Virus record (IMG/VR): IMGVR_UViG_3300032295_000430
Span: 1 to 53,840 of that record
DNA from: a virus
Taxonomy: Duplodnaviria; Caudoviricetes
DNA length: 53,840 nt
Strand: one strand, 5' to 3'
The translations under genes and the position numbers were made by a program. Positions 1 through 9,018 of the stretch are shown here, in pieces. Under the pieces are notes generated by a model that worked only from the letters and a program-made list of their open reading frames with translations, was not told the DNA's origin and searched no databases. How positions within the stretch are numbered: position 1 is the first letter of the stretch; the number at the start of each line of letters is the position of its first letter.

Positions 1-19
1 AGTTTGGGCACAAGGTGGA
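1..19. repeat. 19-bp terminal overlap (copy 1), circular-assembly signature
   Basis: AGTTTGGGCACAAGGTGGA at 1-19 is identical to 53822-53840. Confidence 0.95.
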
Positions 20-643
20 ACGTATGTATACCCCGCTTCTGCCACTGTAATGAAAATCTCCAGTTCTAGCGCGGATGATGCGGCGGCTGGCACTGGCGCA
101 AGAACAATTTCAATTGCTGGTCTTGATGCTAACTACAACGAAATTAGCGAAACAGTAATTCTTAACGGCCAGACCGAAGTTAACACGGTTAATAGTTACT
201 TGCGCATTTCTCGTATGTTTGTTGTTACCGCTGGTTCTGGCGCAACTGCCGCAGGAACTATTTATGCTGGTACAGGCACTGTTACTTCTGGTGTCCCCGC
301 AACCGTCTACGGCATGATTGCTTTGAATGCAAACCAAACGCAGATGGCGTTTTGGACTGTGCCTGCTGGGTACACCTTGTATCTGATGGGTGTTTTTTAT
401 TCATCTGGAAATTCAACCGCAAACGCTTGGACAAACTTTCAAATGATTCAGCGTCCACTAGGTGGAGTTTTTAGGCAACAAAGTTCTACACGTACTCCGG
501 GTAGTGGAGACTTCGTGCTTGACTTGCACACACCTGTTGCTTTCCCTGAAAAAACAGACATTGAAATTAGGGCAGTTGCTTCAGCCGGGACTTCTAATGT
601 GTCTGCTGAGTTTGAAGGTATCTACATTAAGAATCCTGACTAA
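2..643 (+). CDS. 3' part of a virion-associated beta-rich protein whose ORF starts at 53685 and wraps the junction
   Basis: Frame is continuous across the overlap (…VETVWAQGG|TYVYPASATVMKISSSS…); the ATG at 50 is internal; lies in the head module. Confidence 0.75.
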   Translation, partial: VWAQGGTYVYPASATVMKISSSSADDAAAGTGARTISIAGLDANYNEISETVILNGQTEVNTVNSYLRISRMFVVTAGSGATAAGTIYAGTGTVTSGVPATVYGMIALNANQTQMAFWTVPAGYTLYLMGVFYSSGNSTANAWTNFQMIQRPLGGVFRQQSSTRTPGSGDFVLDLHTPVAFPEKTDIEIRAVASAGTSNVSAEFEGIYIKNPD

Positions 644-645
644 TC

Positions 646-831
646 ATGCCAAGCAAACCAAACGGCTTGTATGCCAACATCAACGCCAAACGTAAACGTA
701 TCGCTGAAGGCTCTGGTGAAAAGATGCGCAAAGTTGGTAGCAAGGGTGCGCCTACAAAACAAGACTTTAAAGAGTCGGCAAAGACTGCCAAGATGAAAGC
801 TGGCGGCTCTGCTAAAAAAGCTTGTTGGTAA
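646..831 (+). CDS. small basic protein (GLYANINAKRKRI type) with MKAGG tag
   Basis: 61 aa, Lys-rich, tightly packed in the operon. Confidence 0.75.
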   Translation: MPSKPNGLYANINAKRKRIAEGSGEKMRKVGSKGAPTKQDFKESAKTAKMKAGGSAKKACW

Positions 832-833
832 TC

Positions 834-1238
834 ATGCCAGCCAAATCCAAAGCCCAGTTTCGCCTGATGAAGGCCGTTGCCAACAACCCTAAGTTTGCCA
901 AAAAAGTGGGCATTTCTGAGGATGTGGCGGATGAATATACGCAGTCTAATGTAGGAAAAAAGGCTTACGGGAAGCTGCCAGAGAAGAAGAAAGACGGCGG
1001 CCCTTCTCTTTCCGTAGGTCGGGGGGAGAAGTTATCGGCAGATCAGGGCGCGGGTCTGACAGCGAAGGGTCGAGCAAAGTACAACCGGGAGACGGGGAGC
1101 AATCTGAAGGCTCCGCAACCCGAGGGCGGAAAGCGCCGGGACTCGTTTTGTGCCCGGATGGAGCCGACAGCAAGAAGCTCTGAGCGCGGATCTCGTGCTC
1201 GGGCGTCAATGAAGCGGTGGAATTGTCCGGGTTGGTAA
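834..1238 (+). CDS. basic protein with C-terminal RRDSFCARM (DUF6321-like) domain
   Basis: ATG 834; two halves joined by KKDGG; RRxSFCARM…RASMKRWNC motif recalled from phage proteins. Confidence 0.7.
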   Translation: MPAKSKAQFRLMKAVANNPKFAKKVGISEDVADEYTQSNVGKKAYGKLPEKKKDGGPSLSVGRGEKLSADQGAGLTAKGRAKYNRETGSNLKAPQPEGGKRRDSFCARMEPTARSSERGSRARASMKRWNCPGW

Positions 1239-1247
1239 GGAGATAAA

Positions 1248-1541
1248 ATGCCAGATACAGACTTCAGATCTTATCCGACCGCGACTGGTCAGGTTTACGA
1301 AATAGATGGTGTCCCTGTCTCCAAGGCGGAGTTTGACACTCGTGCCGCCGCTTCTAAGCAGGCTGTGCAGAACTTTCGGACTACCAAAACAGAGGGTGCT
1401 GAAGATTTAGAGGATATGGCTGCTGCCGCTAGAGCCCGGCTCCTAAAAAAGCCAGCCCCAAAGAAACATGGTGGAAGCATGAAAATGGGGAAATCCAAGA
1501 TTTCTACCCATCAAAAGTCAAAAAAAGCGTCTTCATGGTAA
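1248..1541 (+). CDS. hypothetical protein with basic KKHGG tail
   Basis: AAGGAG RBS; 97 aa. Confidence 0.75.
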   Translation: MPDTDFRSYPTATGQVYEIDGVPVSKAEFDTRAAASKQAVQNFRTTKTEGAEDLEDMAAAARARLLKKPAPKKHGGSMKMGKSKISTHQKSKKASSW

Positions 1542-1550
1542 AGGATTGTC

Positions 1551-2609
1551 ATGGCGTATTCTGGAACCGTAGGACAAACAGTCGTTTCAGTCCAAGATCT
1601 GATCGATCACGGGGCTAGACGGTCTGGAAAGCTGGCTGAGGAGCTGACTTCTGAGCAGATTTACGCTGCCAAGCAGTCTCTTTTCTTCCTGCTGAGCAAC
1701 CTATCCAACATTGGCATCAACTACTGGGCTATTAGCCAGAAGGTTTTTGGCCTGAATGCCGACAAGTTCATTTATGAGCTACCTGCCGGGTCAATTGATG
1801 TCCTGAATGTGAACTACCGGACGATGAACCGCCCCACGGGCGACGTTTATGCGTCTTCTGGCAACGCAGCCAACGCTGTTGATAGTGACATCACTACTGT
1901 AGACGTACAAACATCCCCTAACGGCTATATTGCAATCAACTATGGCACTAACAACCCTATTTACTCTGGCTCTATTGGTATTTTACCGGGCGTTTCTGGA
2001 TCTTTTCACATCCTTTTAGAGGTCTCCAACGACGGTTCAAATTGGACGCTTCTGGAAGATACGGGCGTGACCACTTGGGTAGATAACCAGTGGCTCTGGT
2101 ATCAGATTGATCCGGGTGCAAGCGTTCAGTATTACCGCATGCGTGAGACTGGTGGCAATACGCTGCAAGTCCGTGAGTTCTATGTCGGCAATATGAGCCG
2201 GGAAGTTCCGATGGCTCGTCTGAACCGGGATGATTACACCTCCCTGCCAAACAAGAACTTTACCGCCAACCAGCCGTATCAGTTCTGGTTTAACCGCACG
2301 ATCCCATTCCCGCAGATCACTCTATGGCCGACTCCGTCTGACCCGTTTGTGCAGATGGTGGTTTGGTATTCCCGGCAGATTATGGATGTAGGCGCTCTGA
2401 ATGGGCAGCTTGAGATCCCTGACCGCTGGTATCTGGCTGTGCAGAACATGCTGGCTCATCAGATGGCTATGGAGCTCCCCGGCGTTGATCTGCAGCGGGT
2501 TCAGTACCTTGAGGTGCAGGCAGAGAAGTATTTGAATCTGGCTGAATCCGAAGAGCGTGACAAGTCGCCTATTTATTTGGCACCGAATATCGCTGTTTAC
2601 ACAAGGTAA
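1551..2609 (+). CDS. head-tail adaptor-like structural protein (P22 gp4 / tail tubular A-like) with a discoidin-like insertion
   Basis: Helical N-terminus (LIDHGARRSG…AKQSLFFLLSNL); ITLWPTP…IPDRWYLAVQNMLAHQMA C-terminus typical of adaptors; central NAVDSD…VSNDGSNW…YYRMR segment. Confidence 0.6.
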   Translation: MAYSGTVGQTVVSVQDLIDHGARRSGKLAEELTSEQIYAAKQSLFFLLSNLSNIGINYWAISQKVFGLNADKFIYELPAGSIDVLNVNYRTMNRPTGDVYASSGNAANAVDSDITTVDVQTSPNGYIAINYGTNNPIYSGSIGILPGVSGSFHILLEVSNDGSNWTLLEDTGVTTWVDNQWLWYQIDPGASVQYYRMRETGGNTLQVREFYVGNMSREVPMARLNRDDYTSLPNKNFTANQPYQFWFNRTIPFPQITLWPTPSDPFVQMVVWYSRQIMDVGALNGQLEIPDRWYLAVQNMLAHQMAMELPGVDLQRVQYLEVQAEKYLNLAESEERDKSPIYLAPNIAVYTR

Positions 2610-2612
2610 ACC

Positions 2613-2954
2613 ATGGCAATCTTTTTAGATACGCGTGGCTACTCTGATATAGCGATTGCTGTCTGTGATCGCTGTAAAATGAAGCGCCCGCATGCCGAGC
2701 TTTCTAAAGACCCAAACTTTCCGGGTTTGATGGTGTGTGAGCAGGGTTGCAAGGATCAGTTTGATCCATATAGGTTACCGGCAAGAAAGACTGAAAGAAT
2801 TACGCTTCGATTTCCCCGGCCTGATGTAAGTGTCGCAGTTGACCCAGATGCGCTGTTGACAAATGGCCCGAACAACTATGAGATAACGACCGAAGGCAAT
2901 ACGGACACACCGGAAAACAACGGCAATCTCGACAACATTGCACCGAGTCCATAA
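2613..2954 (+). CDS. conserved virion-module protein with Zn-finger-like CDRC…C…C
   Basis: AVCDRC…VCEQGCKD; RFPRPD. Confidence 0.65.
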   Translation: MAIFLDTRGYSDIAIAVCDRCKMKRPHAELSKDPNFPGLMVCEQGCKDQFDPYRLPARKTERITLRFPRPDVSVAVDPDALLTNGPNNYEITTEGNTDTPENNGNLDNIAPSP

Positions 2955-5578
2955 TGGCACAAGTACAGATTACTCAACTTCCAGCAGCCGGTGCCATAAC
3001 AGGCACCGAGTTAGTGCCTATTGTCCAAAACGGCGTGACCGTCAGGACAACCACTGGCGCAATTTCTGCCTCCCCAAGTCAAACCCAAACCTTCCTGACG
3101 CTAAATCAGGAGCCTTCGCTGCCAAATAGCCGGCGTCTATCCAGTGGGACAGGCATTGGCCTGACGGATGGCGGAGCTCAATCTACCCTCGCAATCACGT
3201 TAAACGGGGCTTCTGGGAGCCTTGAAGTAGCAAGTAATGGGTTGATAGCCAAGACGGCCTCAAACGCCGTCACAGCCCGTTCTATTGCGGTTACGGGCGC
3301 TGGTTTGTCGATCACTGATGGAAATGGAGTTGCTGGCAATCCGACTTTGTCTTTGAGTGGACTGGCGGCTGCATTTGCCAATATTGGCGGCACTGGCATC
3401 GTTGCTGTGCAAAACGGCACCACCGCAGGCGGCATCAGCATTCTTGGCACCACAAATCAAATTAGTGTGGCAAATGGAAACGGAGCCGGCAATCCAACAA
3501 TATCCATTTCAGACAATCCGGTAATTCCCGGTGTTGCTGCAATGACGATACCTTTGGGCTCAAGTGCTCAACAGCCTGTTGGTTCTCCGGGGCAATTTAG
3601 ATTTAATTCCGATACTCAGACGTTTGATGGTTATTCTGCGGGCTCATGGAGGCAATTCTCTTTGGCCGGCGGCGTCACAACTTTTAGTGCTGGATCAACA
3701 GGATTTACCCCCGTTCTGCCAACTTCTGGAAGTGTAACTTTAGGCGGTACTTTAAATACTTCCTCTGGCGGCACTGGTACTAGCGGGCTAACTGGTTATG
3801 TGTATGGTAATGGCGGATCAGCAATGACCGCCTCCTTGACTATTCCGACAACCAGTCTATCTGGCACGATTTCCAATGCGCAGCTTGCCAATAGCTCAAT
3901 CACCATTAACGGGACTCCGGCCAGTCTTGGCGGGTCTGTCACAGTAACGGCAGGAACTAGCAATCCTTTAGTAATGAGCACAGGTCTTACTGGGGGTTTG
4001 TATGACGGATTAACCACGGTCACTATCGCTATAGATTCTACGGTTGCCACGTTAACCGGCACTCAAACTTTAACAAGTAAGTCAATTTCTGGGGCAAGCA
4101 ATACTTTCTCCTCTATCCCAAATTCTGCATTAAATAATAGCTCGGTTTCTTTCAATGGCGTATCCGTTGCACTGGGAGCCTCCGGCACCATTACAGCCGC
4201 CACCACCTCGGCGCTGACCATTGGCACAGGGTTGCAGGGCACGAGCTTTAATGGATCGACGCCGGTTACCATTGCAATTGACTCGACCGTTGCGACCCTG
4301 ACTGGTACTCAGACGCTGACCAACAAGACGATTGATGCGGCCAGCAATACCTTGTTAAACATCCCCAATTCGTCGCTGACCAATAGCTCGGTGACCATTG
4401 GTACTACTGCAATTTCCCTTGGGGCATCCTCTCTGACCTTGGGTGGCCTGACTTCGGTGGCGGTAACGCAAGACCCGACCTCTGCGTTGCAGTTGGCTAC
4501 AAAGCAATATGTTGACTCAGTGGCAGAGGGTTTGCATGTCCACGCCTCTTGCGCGGCAGCGACCACAGGTACTTTGGCGTCGATTACTGGCGGCACTGTT
4601 ACCTATAACAACGGTACTGCCGGGGTAGGTGCGACGCTTACTCTATCAAATGCGCTGACGGTTCTGGATGGATATACCCTGCTAAACGGGGATCGCGTAC
4701 TGGTCAAAAACGAGGCTACGCAGGCCAATAACGGTATCTACACTTGGGCGACAGGCGGTACGGTCTTAACCCGCGCAACGGACTTTGACACCTCAGTTGA
4801 GATTGCCAGCGGTGACTTTACCTTTGTTTCTAATGGTTCTTTGTACGCCAATACAGGCTGGGTGCAGACTCAACCAGTTACAACTATTGGCACTGACGCA
4901 ATTATTTGGCAGCAGTTCTCTGGTTCTGGCACTTATACTGCAGGTACTGGCTTAACCCTGTCAGGTAGTCAGTTCAGCATTACAAATACTGGGGTTACGG
5001 CGGCGTCTTATGGCTCTGCCTCCTCTGTACCTACCTTTACGGTAAATGCTCAAGGTCAATTAACTGTAGCGGCAAACGCTTCAATTGCTATCAATGGCAA
5101 CCAGATCACCTCTGGTACTGTGGGTTCTGCCTACATCAGCGGCTCATATACCGGGATTACGGGCGTTGGCACACTGACGGCTGGTACTTGGACGGCAAGC
5201 ACAATATCAACGGCCTATGGCGGCACAGGGCTTACCAGCTACACCGCTGGCGACATGCTGTATTTCTCGACTGGTACTGCGCTCACAAAGCTTGGTATTG
5301 GAGCCAGCACGTACCTGCTGTCTTCGACGGGAAGCGCCCCATCGTGGACTGACCCGGCAAGCGTGACTGTAGGTACGGCCACAAACGCAACAAATGCAAC
5401 CAATGTTGCAGTGTCGGCATCGAGCGCGAATGCTTCGTTTTACCCAACTTTCGTCAGCGCAACTACGAGCAATTTGCCTATAGCCGTTGACTCTGACCTT
5501 ACTTATAATCCTTCTACTAACACACTGGCGACTGGCACTGTGACTGCCACAACCGGCATATTTGGCGGGACATTCTAA
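2954..5578 (+). CDS. tail fibre / large structural protein
   Basis: 874 aa, G/T/S-rich; VQITQLPAA N-terminus; ATKQYVD and GDRVLVKNE…NGIY motifs; internal repeats. Confidence 0.8.
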   Translation: MAQVQITQLPAAGAITGTELVPIVQNGVTVRTTTGAISASPSQTQTFLTLNQEPSLPNSRRLSSGTGIGLTDGGAQSTLAITLNGASGSLEVASNGLIAKTASNAVTARSIAVTGAGLSITDGNGVAGNPTLSLSGLAAAFANIGGTGIVAVQNGTTAGGISILGTTNQISVANGNGAGNPTISISDNPVIPGVAAMTIPLGSSAQQPVGSPGQFRFNSDTQTFDGYSAGSWRQFSLAGGVTTFSAGSTGFTPVLPTSGSVTLGGTLNTSSGGTGTSGLTGYVYGNGGSAMTASLTIPTTSLSGTISNAQLANSSITINGTPASLGGSVTVTAGTSNPLVMSTGLTGGLYDGLTTVTIAIDSTVATLTGTQTLTSKSISGASNTFSSIPNSALNNSSVSFNGVSVALGASGTITAATTSALTIGTGLQGTSFNGSTPVTIAIDSTVATLTGTQTLTNKTIDAASNTLLNIPNSSLTNSSVTIGTTAISLGASSLTLGGLTSVAVTQDPTSALQLATKQYVDSVAEGLHVHASCAAATTGTLASITGGTVTYNNGTAGVGATLTLSNALTVLDGYTLLNGDRVLVKNEATQANNGIYTWATGGTVLTRATDFDTSVEIASGDFTFVSNGSLYANTGWVQTQPVTTIGTDAIIWQQFSGSGTYTAGTGLTLSGSQFSITNTGVTAASYGSASSVPTFTVNAQGQLTVAANASIAINGNQITSGTVGSAYISGSYTGITGVGTLTAGTWTASTISTAYGGTGLTSYTAGDMLYFSTGTALTKLGIGASTYLLSSTGSAPSWTDPASVTVGTATNATNATNVAVSASSANASFYPTFVSATTSNLPIAVDSDLTYNPSTNTLATGTVTATTGIFGGTF

Positions 5579-7371
5579 TGGCACAGACAAATTACACGCC
5601 CATATCGCTGTATTACAGCACCACGGCATCCGCCGTTCCCACCAATACCAATTTGGTAAATGGTGAGTTGGCAATCAACATTACAGATGGTAAGTTGTAC
5701 TACAAGGACAATTCTGGCGTAGTGCAACTTATTGCTTCAAAGGCAGGCGCTTCTGGATCTGTCACAACAGTTTCTGTGGTGTCAGCAAATGGCTTGGCGG
5801 GGACTGTTGCAAATGCAACCACTACCCCGGCAATTACTCTTTCTACTACAGTTACCGGGGTATTAAAAGGTAATGGAACCGCAATTTCTGCGGCTGTATC
5901 TGGCACTGACTATGCGCCTGCTACTTCTGGCACATCCATCTTATATGGTAATGGATCGGGTGGTTTTAGTAACGTAACAGTTGGCTCTGGCCTTTCGTTC
6001 GCTGCCGGCACATTATCTGCCGCTGGCGGTAGTGGCAGCGTTACTTCTGTGGCTCAGACGTTTACAGGCGGTCTTATCTCTGTCGGCGGCTCTCCAATTA
6101 CCACGAGCGGTACTTTAGCCTTGACAGTAGCTGGCACTTCTGGCGGCATTCCTTACTTTTCCAGCGGCACAACTTGGGCAAGTTCTGCGGCTTTGGCAGC
6201 AAATGCTTTGGTGGTTGGTGGTGGTGCTGGAGCAGCCCCGGCAACAATTACTACTGGCACAGGCGTTGTAACGGCTTTGGGTGTAAATACGGGTTCTGCA
6301 GGCGCATTTGTGGTCAATGGTGGCGCTTTAGGTACGCCTTCAAGCGGCACACTAACTAATGCAACAGGTCTTCCTCTTTCTACGGGCGTAACTGGAACTT
6401 TACCATTCGCTAACGGCGGTACGGGTGAGACAACTAGACAGAATGCAATGGATGCGTTGGCGGGTGCGGTCACATCTGGTCAATACCTGCGCGGTAACGG
6501 CACCGACGTTGTAATGTCAGCAATTCAAGTGGCAGATGTCCCTACGCTAAATCAAAACACTACAGGCACGGCTAGTAATGTGACGGGTACAGTAGCGGTT
6601 GCAAATGGCGGTACAGGTAGAACAACCAACACCGCGTATGCAGTTATTTGTGGCGGCACAACAACTGGAGGAATACAACAATCAATTGCAAGTGTAGGAA
6701 CAGCCGGGCAGGTACTAACCTCGAATGGCGCCGGCGCGTTACCTACATTTCAGACGGCTAGTGGTGGTGGCGGTTTCTCAAACATGCAAGTCTTCACCAG
6801 TAGTGGAACCTTTACTGTTCCTGCTGGTATTACTAAAGCTAAAGTCACCGTGGTTGGTGGAGGCGGTGGTGGCGGAAGTGCATCTGGCTCTGGATGTTGT
6901 CCGGGACCGACACTTGCACCCGGTGGCGGGGGAGGCGGTGCGGCAATAGAAATTGTTTCTGGCCTTACTCCCGGAGGTACAGTTTCGGTGACTGTTGGGG
7001 GTGGCGGTGGAGCAGCTTCTACAGGGGGTACATCATCGTTTGGCGCTTTTTGCTCTGCAACGGGCGGCGCAGGTGGTCCATCACAAAACAACAATGGCAC
7101 TACTGCTGGTACGGCTGGCGGAATTGGGTCAGGGGGAGATTTAAATATTAGGGGTGGCCCCGGACAATCTGCTGCTTACGGCGGTACGTCTGCTCTTGCC
7201 GGTGCCTCTGGCGGAAGTTCAATCCTTGGCGGAGGCGGGCAGGGAGGCCTTAATGGCGCTGGAGGAGCAGGCGGTGCTTATGGTGGCGGTGGCGCTGGAG
7301 CAACAAATCAAGGGGGCGGAACAGTTAGTGGCTCTTCTGGTGCCGCAGGCGTAGTTATTGTGGAGTATTAA
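5578..7371 (+). CDS. tail fibre protein with C-terminal glycine-rich domain
   Basis: GELAINITDGKLYYK N-terminus; FTSSGTFTVPAG…VVGGGGGG…GVVIVEY glycine-rich domain. Confidence 0.8.
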   Translation: MAQTNYTPISLYYSTTASAVPTNTNLVNGELAINITDGKLYYKDNSGVVQLIASKAGASGSVTTVSVVSANGLAGTVANATTTPAITLSTTVTGVLKGNGTAISAAVSGTDYAPATSGTSILYGNGSGGFSNVTVGSGLSFAAGTLSAAGGSGSVTSVAQTFTGGLISVGGSPITTSGTLALTVAGTSGGIPYFSSGTTWASSAALAANALVVGGGAGAAPATITTGTGVVTALGVNTGSAGAFVVNGGALGTPSSGTLTNATGLPLSTGVTGTLPFANGGTGETTRQNAMDALAGAVTSGQYLRGNGTDVVMSAIQVADVPTLNQNTTGTASNVTGTVAVANGGTGRTTNTAYAVICGGTTTGGIQQSIASVGTAGQVLTSNGAGALPTFQTASGGGGFSNMQVFTSSGTFTVPAGITKAKVTVVGGGGGGGSASGSGCCPGPTLAPGGGGGGAAIEIVSGLTPGGTVSVTVGGGGGAASTGGTSSFGAFCSATGGAGGPSQNNNGTTAGTAGGIGSGGDLNIRGGPGQSAAYGGTSALAGASGGSSILGGGGQGGLNGAGGAGGAYGGGGAGATNQGGGTVSGSSGAAGVVIVEY

Positions 7372-7372
7372 T

Positions 7373-7627
7373 ATGAAAGCACTTATTTCACCTCAAGAAG
7401 TAATTAATAATTTTGACAGTACAACTGGCTATCGTGTTGCACAAGTTTCTGAACAAGATTTTGAAGTTGCTTTGCCTTTGTTTTGGATAGATTGTGCTAA
7501 CGATGTGCTTGCGGATCGGTTTTATTACGATCCCGTAAGCAGTGAGATTAAAGCTATTCCTGTTCCACCTCCGCCAGAGCCAAAGGTTAGCAATGTGGTT
7601 GGAGATGCGCCGGATGTCATTGCTTAG
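7373..7627 (+). CDS. putative tail-fibre-associated / assembly protein
   Basis: Directly follows the fibre; ATG 7373 with GGAG RBS. Confidence 0.55.
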   Translation: MKALISPQEVINNFDSTTGYRVAQVSEQDFEVALPLFWIDCANDVLADRFYYDPVSSEIKAIPVPPPPEPKVSNVVGDAPDVIA

Positions 7628-7880
7628 TCAGCCGCTAAATGCCGGAAAACTAACCGGCACAGTGTATACGTTTGAAAAGGCTGGCGACATGTTGCCAATG
7701 CACACCCATCAAGAGGGCAATGCACATATAACCATAGTTGCACGGGGAAAAATAAAGGCGCATGGTAATGATTGGTCAGCAGAATATGGAGAAGGAACAG
7801 TAATAGATTTTCCATCAGATCAGTCGCATGAGTTTATTGCTTTAGAGGATAACAGTAGGATTGTTAATATTGTGAAATAA
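7614..7880 (+). CDS. cupin-fold protein
   Basis: LPMHTH…HITIVARG…FPSDQSHEF cupin His motifs; ATG 7614. Confidence 0.75.
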   Translation: MSLLSQPLNAGKLTGTVYTFEKAGDMLPMHTHQEGNAHITIVARGKIKAHGNDWSAEYGEGTVIDFPSDQSHEFIALEDNSRIVNIVK

Positions 7881-7886
7881 CCCAAT

Positions 7887-8603
7887 GTGGATCCACTTAC
7901 CTTACTAGCTGCTGCAAACGCCGCAGTTTCTGCCGTAAAGGCCGGCTGTAAACTTTATAAGGATATTAAGGGGGCAGCCGGCGAGGTCAAGGATGTACTG
8001 GATGATCTTAAGGCGCAGTATGACAAGGTAACAGGTGGGAATCCAACCCCGGCACAGAAAGCGCAATACGTTGCTGAAGTGCAGCGAGTGCAGGAGATTG
8101 CTAAGGCTGATCCAAATGATGTCTTCATTAAGATTGGCAATGATCTTGGTGTTCTGATGGATGAGTACGACAAGATCGGTAAGGTCTTTATCCAGCAGGA
8201 AGCAGAAGCGCAGCAGGTGTATACAGGTGCAGATTCAATTGGCAAGCGTGCTCTAGTGCGCGTCATCATACGGTCAAGGTTGGACGCAATGCTTGCCGAA
8301 CTCCGAGAAACCATGGTTTACAGAGCGCCGCCTGAGTTGGGTGACCTGTGGGGTAAATACGAGAAGATGTGGCAGAAAATTGTTGTTGAGCAGGACGAGG
8401 CACATAAACGTGAGACAGCAAGGTTGCAGATCGAAGCGGCGCAAAGACGCAGACGGATTAGAAAAAGGAAAGAAGAAGCGGTATGGGTTGGAGCAATCCT
8501 TTTCGTCGTGGCGTGGTACGTAGGAGTCCTAATCCTCCTCCGCCTGAGTCAGACGTACCGTGGGCATTACTCGTCGCCGTGGTGGTCTTGTGTTTTGTGC
8601 TAG
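7887..8603 (+). CDS. coiled-coil protein with C-terminal transmembrane helix
   Basis: MDPLTLLAAANAAVSAVK N-terminus; TM segment AVWVGAILFVVAWYVGVLILL; upstream of holin. Confidence 0.75.
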   Translation: MDPLTLLAAANAAVSAVKAGCKLYKDIKGAAGEVKDVLDDLKAQYDKVTGGNPTPAQKAQYVAEVQRVQEIAKADPNDVFIKIGNDLGVLMDEYDKIGKVFIQQEAEAQQVYTGADSIGKRALVRVIIRSRLDAMLAELRETMVYRAPPELGDLWGKYEKMWQKIVVEQDEAHKRETARLQIEAAQRRRRIRKRKEEAVWVGAILFVVAWYVGVLILLRLSQTYRGHYSSPWWSCVLC

Positions 8604-8734
8604 TGATTGCGCTACCTGTTATGGGTGTGATGTACATGGATATGAATAACGCGTTGTACCGGGCGCAGGAAGAAACCCGCAAGATGAAAGAGTTGCGGAT
8701 AAAAGTTTTACGGGAAATGAGGGGTGAAGAATGA
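8483..8734 (+). CDS. small membrane protein overlapping the upstream gene (start uncertain)
   Basis: TM segment WALLVAVVVLCFVLVIALPVMGVM; stop overlaps the holin ATG (ATGA). Confidence 0.6.
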   Translation: MGWSNPFRRGVVRRSPNPPPPESDVPWALLVAVVVLCFVLVIALPVMGVMYMDMNNALYRAQEETRKMKELRIKVLREMRGEE

Positions 8735-9018
8735 ACGATGCAACTGACTGGATGACAACAAAGTGGCGTCCGATGATGGCGATCACTTATATGATTATCT
8801 GCTTGTGTGACTTTGTGCTGTTCCCGATCCTGTGGACGATTGTGCAGTTCTGGGAAACCCAAGCTGCTAACGACGCTTTCCGTGAGTGGACTTCTCTGAC
8901 GTTGCAATCTGGTGGATTCATCCACATCACATTCATGGCAATTCTTGGTATCTCTGCTTGGACACGAGGGCAGGAGAAGATTGAGTCAATCAAAGCCGGG
9001 AAAGAAGAAAATGCCTAA
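8731..9018 (+). CDS. holin (3TM / gene-transfer-release holin-like)
   Basis: KWRPMMAITY…LFPILW…MAILGISAWTRGQEK; adjacent to spanins. Confidence 0.7.
   Translation: MNDATDWMTTKWRPMMAITYMIICLCDFVLFPILWTIVQFWETQAANDAFREWTSLTLQSGGFIHITFMAILGISAWTRGQEKIESIKAGKEENA

Noticed and set aside
1-19. Biological direct terminal repeat
   Set aside because: It is only 19 bp and falls mid-gene, so it is more consistent with an assembly overlap of a circular or permuted genome
5578-7371. Diversity-generating retroelement target (Mtd-like N-terminus)
   Set aside because: No reverse transcriptase and no TR/VR repeat pair were seen
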